Under the pieces are notes generated by a model that searched no databases, was not told where the DNA came from, and worked only from the letters and a program-made list of their open reading frames with translations. Positions 54,851 through 64,000 of a stretch of DNA of 64,000 nt are shown piece by piece. Source of the DNA: Narcine bancroftii (taxonomy: Eukaryota); assembly GCF_036971445.1 (NCBI RefSeq), contig NC_091473.1:206274001-206338000 (forward strand), read 5' to 3'. The first letter of the stretch is position 1. Every line of letters starts with the position of its first letter. The position numbers were made by a program, and so were the translations under genes.

Positions 54851-55246
54851 GTGATCTTTCACAGGTTCACGCTGATTTTAACTTCCTTGATTCCCGGTGA
54901 ATTTGTTTAAATGGATCTTTGCCTCCCGTGCCTATGATTAACTTTTAACGTAATCACAGTTTCCGTAGTTTTTTCGCAGGGTTTTTTGGCCACGATTCTA
55001 TCTCCCAATATCCAAATGAGGTGTCGGTGGAAGAAGTATAAACTGCAATGCTGAACTGAGGTTACTCAGCCACGTATGTTGCCGATACTGCTTTCTGGTA
55101 CAGCCAGTAACCAGAATATTTGACGCTATATGTACTAAAGGTTAAGGCAATGGACTCGAATACAGGTCTTCGGGTTTCCGTGACCGGTTTTATGCTGTTT
55201 ATCAGAAAATTGTCCGATGGTTCCTTTAACTATCTCCCGTATTGAC
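54851..55246 (+). pseudogene. TCR V pseudogene, family B (leader 54851-54896, intron 83 bp, V exon from 54980), 3'-truncated
   Basis: The leader is (GTG)IFHRFTLILTSLIP-G|GTGAAT and the acceptor is CGCAG|. The exon reads FFGHDSISQYPNEVSVEEV*TAMLN*GYSATYVADTAFWYSQ*PEYLTLYVLK…RSSGFRDRFYAVYQK…MVPLTISRI. Confidence 0.87.
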
Positions 55247-55682
55247 GACAATTTGATTCTTCTCTTTCTCGGTATCTTTCTATTCCAAATCCTACCGAAT
55301 AAAATAATGTGCAGTTATCAGGAGGGCCATTCCTTTTGAATACCTGTGAGATGCATGTTTGTATAAGCGCCGCACCCTTCGGGGCAGCGAAGACTCCATA
55401 TAATTATTTCAGGCCGACCATGCAGTCGAGTAACAAAGTTCAAATGCGTTTAATATTCATTACATCACTTTGAGATACTGTTTCCCCAATTGTGAAGAAA
55501 TTTAAAATCACGGTACACATCCCTCTTATTGGACCAGTATGACTTGAGGGAATTTGTGCTTTCTGCCCCTTGTCCATGTCCGAGGGCAACGGGTGCCTTT
55601 GGTACATTGATACACTGCACATAATTACGGATCTTTGGAAGGAATTGAAAATATAAGAAAAATAAGACATTGCACGATTGCC

Positions 55683-55810
55683 TTGATGAAGGGTTTCGGG
55701 CCGCCACGTTCGTCATGTACCGTTGCCTCAGATGGAGTCTGAGTGACCTGCTGTGTTTATTCAGCATTTTATTTGTATATTACACAATCACAGCGTCCGC
55801 AGTCCTTCCT
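55683..55810. repeat. Short interspersed repeat resembling Penelope-type element ends; related copy near 10570-10660
   Basis: The pattern GATGAAGGGTTTCGGGCCG…GACCTGCTG…CAGCATTT is shared with 10570-10660. The family assignment is from memory only. Confidence 0.4.
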
Positions 55811-56319
55811 GTCAAAATTGAAGTCATCTATAATTTTAAATACATGTCCTTCGTATGACAGCGCAGAGGAATGACGTGAATGCCGGAAGAATAAGGGTGG
55901 AGAAGAACCTGAAAGAAGAAAGTAGGAGCTACTAAAATGGAAGAATAATTAAGAGATGAACACTGAAATAGGAAAACGAGAGAGAGTGAGTGACAGAGTG
56001 AGAAAGTGTGTCTGTGTGCGAGAGCGAGAGAAAGAAAATGAGAAAGAGAGAGAGAAAAAAATGTATAATGAATATATAGGCATTAAAATTGGTGGGTGAA
56101 GAGAGTTCTATTTCTGATGAACAATTTTGTTACAATCCTGCGAGAGTCGGGGCATGAGGTTGCTTTCAAGAAACGGTGGGATAATGAGAGAAACCAATCA
56201 GTCATCAAAGCCAACGAACGTGTGTGGGTTTTCGAATGTGTCCAGAGGCATGGAGACAGATGGGCACATAAAGCAGTCAACGTACATAAATAAAGAAAAA
56301 AATATGGATCAGTAGAGCA

Positions 56320-57190
56320 TGGAAATAGTCCATAGTTCTCACATTCCCCAGGCAGATCAAACTGTCCTAACTATACACGTCCCTATTTCCAGTGTTTATC
56401 TGAGGTCCTTCTAATCCTATCCATTTACCCGTCAATTCTTCTTCAATATTGCTATCGCATGAAACCCAACCACATTCATTCAGCAACTGTTTTATACCCC
56501 CATGACCCTTCTATAACCTCGTAAATGAGCCTTACATCACCTTAAACACTTGTTAAAGATAATCCTACACTGAACAGAAGACTGCGTTCACATGATTTAT
56601 TCCTCTGTTGATTAATTGTAGCACTGGAAGAGCACGACTTATTGTCTTGTGGAACTATCAGTAAATTCATAGCCTTTCGAAACTATCCATTCATCTCAGG
56701 AGTCAGATCTGGAAACATCTTGATAAATATTGTCAACATGTCCAGATTGACAACTTAATTTCTATTACACGGCCACAAATCAAAACACAATAATCCACAT
56801 CAAAAACCCAGAAAACTGAATCACCACTTTAAAACGTCCGTAATCAACAATGAAACTGATGCAGGCTAAAGTGAAGAGAGGCTTGTGACCAGCGTATCTA
56901 CCAATATAAAGATACTCTGTACCTTTACGCTTCTTTTCTACAATGCAGTTCATATTCCTAACATTGAACAAGTCGTTCCTGACCACGCTACACCTCCCAT
57001 ATATCATACCTCACATTTCTGAGTTAAACTCCATCAACCATGCAGCTTCCTACCAGACCAATGGTTCAATGGTTTGCAACAATCTTTAGCAAACGCCGTC
57101 ACAATCTTAAATATCAGACCCATGTACATTTTAATTTAAACGATTAATATAGGTGAGAAACAGCAATGGTCCCTGCACAAAAGCCAATGG
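56320..57190 (-). mobile_element. Old CR1 RT fragment (cassette component)
   Basis: Collinear with the other cassette CR1 copies and ends AAACAGCAATGGTCCCTGCAC. Confidence 0.7.
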
Positions 57191-57327
57191 ACATACTTCG
57201 TCACCTGTGAGTGATTAACTAATGATATACTGGGGAAACACCATTTCCACAGTCATATATTATCAAGGACTGACTGGAACATGTTACATATATTCAGGGC
57301 TATTCTTTTAGGTCCGGCATAAACACC

Positions 57328-57733
57328 ATGCTGGGACTATGGTCCTCAGTGATAATTTCAGGGATCCCTGTTAATTTTCTCCTTTCTTGGTTCTTTTGGG
57401 AATCTTAGTTTTGTTTCACTTCCAGATATGGAAATTACTTAGCTTTCCTGAACCGGTGTACGGCGATCATTCAATGTATCACAATAGTTTGAGTTTTCGC
57501 GAGAAGAAAATGATCTATAAGAGGGAATTGCAGTAATGACGCTGTCATTTGGTACATTTGGTGAACTGGAGAATAATCAAAATATCTTCTTCAGATATTG
57601 AATATTGGATCCGAAAAACGATCCCGATTCTCTAGCCACGGGTTCAGCTGTTATGATATCGCTATTCCTTTAGCTTTCTCCGTGATCCTTGAGTTAGAAG
57701 CCGAAGTGTTTCTGTGTGCCATGAGACACACTC
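57328..57733 (+). pseudogene. TCR V pseudogene, family C (leader 57328-57370, V exon from about 57454)
   Basis: The leader MLGLWSSVIISGIP-G has donor GT>TT. The exon reads VYGDHSMYHN…NCS/NDAVIWYIW*TGE*SKYLLQ…IPLAFSVILELEAEVFLCAMR and is followed by heptamer-like CACACTC. The CAMR end is typical of TRAV. Confidence 0.82.
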
Positions 57734-58275
57734 GACGGCGGAGAAACAGCGGACAGGAACACTGGACCTGGTAGTTTCAGCAAGCTTTTTCTCACTAAAA
57801 GTAACACATCCTCGGCTAAAGTGTAGTGATCAGACACAGAATAATTTTCCGCTGTTTATACCTGGACGAGCATCTAATATTTTTACATGTCCAGTTGGTT
57901 TCACATTCAGAAGAAGATAATCATTGATTTAACGAATCGTATTCATTAGCCCATGATTGAATCACAATGCAAGATATATCTTGGAGTACAATGGACATTA
58001 TAGCTGTTGTGAAGTACGGATGATGTGTGATGAAGAGATGCGAGACAGTAACATACATTATACACACATCCACACACGCACGTAAACACNNNNNNNNNNN
58101 NNNNNNNNNNNNNNNNNNNNNNNNNNNNNNNNNNNNNNNNNNNNNNNNNNNNNNNNNNNNNNNNNNNNNNNNNNNNNNNNNNNNNNNNNNNNNNNNNNNN
58201 NNNNNNNNNNNNNNNNNNNNNNNNNNNNNNNNNNGAAATCGAGCGAGCAAGAGAGCACTTTCAATTTTGTTGCGG

Positions 58276-58612
58276 GCGCCTTTGGCGATGATTCCACCTT
58301 CCAGTGTCAATCTGAGATGTCGGAGGAAGAAGGACGAATGTAACGCTGAACTGCAATTACACAGCTACATACCGTGCCAATATAGCCATCTGGCACATCC
58401 TGCATCTTGGGCATGCGCCACGATATGTATTGAAAATATGAAGCACTGGGCTGGAATGAAAGTCGTCTGATTTCTGAAACCGATTTTCAGCTGTTTATCA
58501 GAAAACAAATCGGCTGGTTCTTTTAACAATATATAGCGTCCTTGTCTTCGACTACAACATAGCCATGTGGTCGACACGTTGCGACAGATAATTAGAAATC
58601 CGTGCAATAATC
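58276..58612 (+). pseudogene. TCR V pseudogene, family B, with degenerate RSS; leader probably in the N gap
   Basis: Reads AFGDDSTFQCQSEMSEEEGR…VTLNCNYTATYRANIAIWHILHLGHAPRYVLKI*STGLE*KSSDF*NRFSAVYQKTNRLVLLTIYSVLVFD. The RSS is CACGTTG (58575-81)-22-GCAATAATC, with a spacer homologous to that after 51451. Confidence 0.85.
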
Positions 58613-59149
58613 CTTCCCAGTTGTGATATCTAGCTGTCACCAGCCGGCGCTGTTTTCTCCTCGAACAAAGCAGGGGTGGATGCTGATACAAAGCAAATTA
58701 TGTCCTGGTACAACTCTGACAGACCGATTACTCTCATGGAGTATGTTCATCACCTTGTATGAAGATCCTGCATCAACTCGCCGAATGGAGACACGAGACT
58801 GCCTGAATAAAGAGGCGTAACGATAGCGTGGGACAGATAAATGCTGTTTATTGTACGAATCAGGTCATGGCAATATGGGGATCACAGGTCACAGCGAAAT
58901 TTGCGTACCTTATTTTTAAACCAATTTGTCACAACAGCCCTTGCGTCTCTACAATGTTAACATCCTATTCCTCAATACATTCATCGTCCAATTCCAACCA
59001 AACAGAAATGTGTCCAGTTGTCAGCAGAGTAATTCCTCGTGAATCATAGTTTAACTGTACAGTTCGAAAAGTGACATGTCGCTAATTCATTGTATCCAAT
59101 CTTGCAGTCAAGTAAATTTTAAAATATCAATTAAAAAAATTAATTTTAG

Positions 59150-59388
59150 GCATACAGTACGATAACAGGGATTTGTAGCCCAAAAGTGTATGTCGGCCAA
59201 TTACATCGATTGACCCACAATCTCCGGGACTTTCAATCGGTGGGAGGAAACAAGGCCTGCGGGAAAAATTCATGTAGTTAGGGGAAAAGGTACGAACTCC
59301 GACAGACAGATCGGGATTCGAACCCATGTCCTGATGGCTGGTGCCATAACAACGTGGTGCTAACCGCTACGATAACCCTGCCGCCCCG
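59150..59388 (-). mobile_element. tRNA-derived SINE
   Basis: The minus strand has A-box-like TAGCGGTTAGC and B-box GGGTTCGAATCC, followed by a SINE body. It is not a full cloverleaf. Confidence 0.8.
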
Positions 59389-59915
59389 ACTCCAGATGCG
59401 TCCTATAATTATTACAACATCGCCTTGCGAATCAGTGTATAGATGGAGCAGTTCTGTGAGAATTTTTGGAAAACGGAAATCATTTGAATTTTTGAAGACC
59501 TGCTTTATATGCAATCACAGAATAGTACCTTGAAAGGAGGAAGCAGAAAGGTGGTGCAGAACTTGAAAGAAAGTTTGAGTCATCATGAATTCTATAATAT
59601 CAAAGAGATATATACTAAGACGGGAAATTGNNNNNNNNNNNNNNNNNNNNNNNNNNNNNNNNNNNNNNNNNNNNNNNNNNNNNNNNNNNNNNNNNNNNNN
59701 NNNNNNNNNNNNNNNNNNNNNNNNNNNNNNNNNNNNNNNNNNNNNNNNNNNNNNNNNNNNNNNNNNNNNNNNNNNNNNNNNNNNGGTAATCCTCCTCCTT
59801 AATGAGACATGAAGAAAGGAAACTGCCTCATTTCTGTACTTTTTCAAATTCAACGATCTGCTGCATAAACACTGAAACTATTCTGTTGTTTATTTTGGAT
59901 TTGGAACCACCGAAC

Positions 59916-60519
59916 ATGTCTTTTCTCTTGTTCACCTCGTTCATACTCTTCATATTTCCCAGTGAAAGTTTGTTTGAATGTTGGTTTCAGTCCCTGGGTC
60001 GACTCTCGTGCAGACTAATAACGTTCAAAATGCTTTCTTTCGTGAGTTAATTCAATTTCTGTTCCCCAATATCTGTCGGAGATAATGGTGAAAATCTGAA
60101 GAGCTGCACATCCGAACAGCTAATATCCTGCTGTCCTGCAACATGCGATGATTACGAAGCCCGCTGGAACATCCGCTGTTTCGGAACACTCCCCGAACAG
60201 GCCATTTCGGCCCAAGAGTCCATGTCTCCCAATTTGCACCCCATTAATTGACACCATCAGTACGAATTTTGAACGCTGGTAGAAATCCGGATCCCCCGGT
60301 GAAAACCCACACAGATATGGGGAGAATGTATAAACTCCCGACAGATTGCGCGGGACTCGAACCTCGCCCGGTTTCGATCGCTGTCGCTGTAAAGGCGTTG
60401 CACTAACAGCAATTCAGCAGTGCCGCGATTCGCATAAAACATTTGGTAGGGTTCGCTCACTATTTCTGGAATTCGCCGACCATCCCAATCGTGTACCACG
60501 ACGCTCAGTTTCCGCATTG
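59916..60519 (+). pseudogene. Highly decayed family B-like TCR V pseudogene split by a SINE (leader 59916-59961)
   Basis: The leader MSFLLFTSFILFIFP-A|GTGAAA is 46 nt. The exon from about 60042 reads SVPQYLSEIMVKI*RAAHPNS*YPA…DDYEARWNIR. After the SINE it reads HKTFGRV…VYHDAQF, followed by heptamer-like CGCATTG at 60513-19. Confidence 0.62.
60195..60410 (-). mobile_element. tRNA-derived SINE inserted into a V pseudogene
   Basis: The B-box GGTTCGAGTCCC is on the minus strand, and the body is homologous to 59150-59388. Confidence 0.78.
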
Positions 60520-61415
60520 CTGCAGATGCACCCCAAAATACGTTGTGCTTCTGAACCAGTGAGAGCTGTATCCTGTTGGAAATGAACAGAGAAAATCGAA
60601 ATAACAAGGCACTATAGATGCTATTCTACACAGGAAGAAAGAACATTTAGAGAAAGATAAGGAGAAAACGAAAGATAAATAGATTAGTAGGTGGATAGAT
60701 GGAGTAAGAGAGATCGAAGGAGAAAGTGGAATGGTTGTGGACGGAAACGTTTTACAGACGAGGGCACGTTGAAATCTGCGACAGGGATAGCGGGCGAGAT
60801 AAACGCACAAAGGAAAATGATCATGTCCAAGGAGGAGCGGAATCAAACAGGCAAGGGGTAACATGTAATTTGATCACGTCCGGTGAGTAGGAGTGGAACA
60901 GACAAGGTTTCTTATACTGAAATCACCAAAACTTTGCCTAGTTCTAGACGGAATGTTCTCTTGCAACGAGTAAAGGGTTATAATTTATTATTTTTCTACC
61001 TTGGTTGTAGTCGATTCACAATACGACATATTTTCTAGCGACAGCTTTGCTTCTTTGCTTTCTCAATTCCCGAAGGAGGGTGAGCATCGCGGTACTTCAA
61101 TCAACTTGGGGCATATTGGAATAAGTCTTCGACCTTTTGAACTCTGTCCAAATTATCCCATCAATACGCATGTATCCACGGATTGCAGTACAACAAGTAT
61201 AGAAATTATGAAACTAGCAACAGATGTTGAGGGTCTTCCCTCTTTCGCATGTAGGTTTGATCGTTCTTCCCGTTGTCACATATATTTAGTTCCCAAAGAT
61301 GCAATAGATGTGAGGGGTTATATTGTTCAGCAAATGACACATAAGCAGAGGAAGATTGGGAAATATGGAGTCGGAAACTACACAGAGTGGTGGAGTGGGG
61401 AGTGGGTGAGAGCAA

Positions 61416-61421
61416 GAGAGA

Positions 61422-61494
<73 letters not shown>
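61416..61494. repeat. (GA)n microsatellite
   Basis: About 78 bp of nearly pure GA repeat. Confidence 0.95.
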
Positions 61495-61498
<4 letters not shown>

Positions 61499-61529
61499 GA
61501 TTAGATGTTTTTCTTCCTTGACACGTTAT

Positions 61530-64000
61530 GTGGCATGTGGCATATTGAGGCAGCACCCATTCTGTGAAGGGATGTAGTGCTATGGTCTATTTACTCAGCA
61601 CACTTTGAGTGGGAGTTTTTTTTATATTTTTATAAATTATTAATTATTTTCTTTTAAAAAATCTTTTTTCAATGAAACAGAGACGAACAGGAACTGGTTA
61701 GAATTGATGAAGGAGACCTCGTAGTAGGGCATTGGAAGCGAATTCAATCTAAGACAATGGATGATAAGAATATACAAAATGTTCCTAGTTTAATGTTAAT
61801 GGGTGAATAATACAATTTAAAGGAAAATAATATGAAATCGTATGAAAAATACGAAGTAGATATTGGATTGTTACGTGAAAGCAATTTGATAGAGAAGTTG
61901 AAAATTTTAAAAAAAGATATCGTAGACCAATTGGTAGCTTTATTGTTTAATGCGAAGGCAAGAGGAGTAACAAAATTAAATTTAAAACCTTACTGATAAA
62001 AATTGTAGAAACTATATTGGATCCTGGAGGAAGAATTGTTTTGAAAATTTATCAAATTTATTTTGAAATGTGGACACTTATAAATATTTTGCACCAAATG
62101 TGTTTGATGGAGAATTTATAAGGCATACTTTTTAAAAAAATTTCGGCTCAAGCTCAGGAAAAGTTTTTAAAATGAGGTGATTTTTCATTGTTGACTTGTT
62201 GAAGTTTTGGATAAATCTGTGAAAACAATAAGCAGAGCTAAAGCGGCTAAGACTAATTTAAGTTTAATGAAGCAAATACATTTAGTTGATATATGACGAA
62301 AGATGGAGATTGTTCTTATTATTCCCATAGACATAATTACATTCGATAATAGTATTATTAATATTAGATCTGTTGCGATAATGAATTAATAATGTTGAAT
62401 ATAAAGCTAGAATATTATCTGATCTGTCTCCACTGTTATTGACATTTTCAACTTTTGAGGGAAAAGGTGTGTTGTATAGATAAAGGTTAAATATCACATT
62501 ATTAAAAAGAGGTCATTTTAGTTATTTTATAAGAAAATAAATTCAATTATTTTTAGAAATGTATCCTAATTCAGTAAACAATAAATGTATTATTTGGCAA
62601 GCATCCAAAGCGTATTTAACAGGTCAAATAATGTTATTTGAATAAAATTAAAAAAGAATATTTTAAGGAACCAAATCAATTAGAACAACATAGAGGTAAA
62701 TTTGAAAATAAATGTACAAAATAATCCTTCTTAAGTAAAGAAATAATAATTAATAAATATAAAATTTCCAATATAATATCATTCATACATACAGAAATGG
62801 ACGTTTAGTCAAAAGCACCAAACAGAGTTATTAAGAATTAGGTTAAAGGGTTCATAAACTTTAAACATTGCAATACAAAGCAGAACAGACATCTAGAGTG
62901 ATTAATACAGTTAGAAAATTCGGGACTTTTTATATGTAGACAACAAGAAATACTTTACGTAGTTAAGGAGATTGATTCTGAATTATATCAGTCAGAATAA
63001 TTGCATGATGAAAATAGGATGTATAAGTTAGAAAATAACGTAACCTACTTTAAATAATCAAGAAAAAAATAATTTGACTTAGGTATTGAGTTCATTACAA
63101 AATAATGAATCGTCAGGAGAAGGTTGATCTCCTGTCGAGTTTTATAAGAAATTTATGGATGTTTAATGAATTTATTCATGAACGTGCTAAATGAACCAAA
63201 ATAGGTACATTCTCTACCGGAATTCATTTCATCTGAAATTATTATAGTAGCACCAAAGAAAGATTGAGATTTAATGAAACCAATTTCATCATTAAATATG
63301 TATTATAAAATAATAGATCAAATGTTAGCAAATAGATTGGCAAAGTATTTATCGAAATTAGTACACATACATCAAAATTGATTTGTTAAGGATCAGAAAA
63401 CTACAGATAATTTGTTTTCTTATTTTAATAACAAAGTTTGATTTCTTTAATACATTTAGTTCAAATGATGGGAAATCTGAGTGTTGCAGTGCTTTTATAT
63501 GCTGAGAATGAATTTGATAAATTAGAATGAGATTTGCTTTTTGAAGGTTGGAGAAATGTTAATTAGGATCAATGTCTATAGATGAGGCTAAAATATTATC
63601 TAAGAAACCTAATGCGAAGGTAATGACTAATTGTCAGATTTCAACATCTCTTGATTTAACTAGATCAAGTAGGGAAGGTTATCCAATGTTACCAGCTTCA
63701 TCTATTTAGCAATAGGATATTATGCTGAATTAATAAGTCAGGATTCTAAGATTGTGAGTATTAATTTAGATCAAGAAGAACTTTAAAATTAATTTATTTT
63801 GAAATGATGTTTTGATTTATTTAACAGATCCTTTAAATTCCTTACAATAACCTAAATTCAGAGTAAAATAGAAGCGAGATCTCGTAATGAGATTAATTGG
63901 GATAAAAGTGGAATTAAGCCTTTAGTTAATGGGATTGTGCAAAATGTAACAAACTAATTGAATTGTGATGGACAGATGTTGGAATAGTATATTTAGGTAT
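61530..64000 (+). mobile_element. Degraded L1 ORF2, duplicate of 11550-14620, running off the window end
   Basis: Collinear with 11560-13825 throughout. Confidence 0.87.

Noticed and set aside
55470-55640. DTVS…LWYI stretch (paralog near 51930-52100) as another V relic
   Set aside because: The spacing to WY is too long and there is no FR3, YYC or RSS. It is treated as duplicated spacer.
58695-58765. MSWY motif resembling IgH V FR2
   Set aside because: There is no flanking Cys motif, splice acceptor or RSS, so no IgH-like or NAR-TCR V can be supported.
59290-59388. Possible tRNA gene
   Set aside because: The A/B boxes run into a SINE body that is repeated at 60195-60410, and there is no complete cloverleaf.
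4723-60519. Pseudogenes as chicken-style gene-conversion donors
   Set aside because: They carry many stops, frameshifts and lost Cys/Trp residues. Families B and C are also too divergent from the intact V, which fits neutral decay rather than maintained donors.
1-64000. Remaining short ORFs, CRISPR arrays or prokaryotic defence systems
   Set aside because: The ORFs are TE fragments, microsatellite translations or N-gap artefacts. There is no repeat-spacer array or operon structure, and the DNA is vertebrate.

Overview
This is eukaryotic (not prokaryotic) genomic DNA: an AT-rich, transposon-saturated scaffold with several N gaps. Read by eye, it is part of the variable-gene array of a T-cell receptor alpha/delta locus. 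The host is most likely a cartilaginous fish, possibly a batoid; that is inferred from the V sequence and repeat content only. There is one apparently intact V segment: leader 46551-46602, phase-1 intron, V exon 47075-47381 and a 23-bp-spacer RSS at 47382-47420. I also find about 11 decayed V pseudogenes from three related families, largely missed by the ORF track, and two orphan leader exons. All are on the + strand and arranged as tandemly duplicated cassettes. The family labels A-D are my own. No D, J or C segment was found. The rest is L1-, CR1-, Rex1-like and Gypsy retroelement debris, solo LTRs, tRNA-derived SINEs and microsatellites. I see no evidence of a wholly new biological system. 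The most interesting signals are the cassette architecture, a recurrent microhomology-deletion signature, AID-hotspot serine codon bias in the intact V, and CRE-like promoter motifs at a CR1 boundary. Transposon boundaries are approximate (about 50 bp either way).
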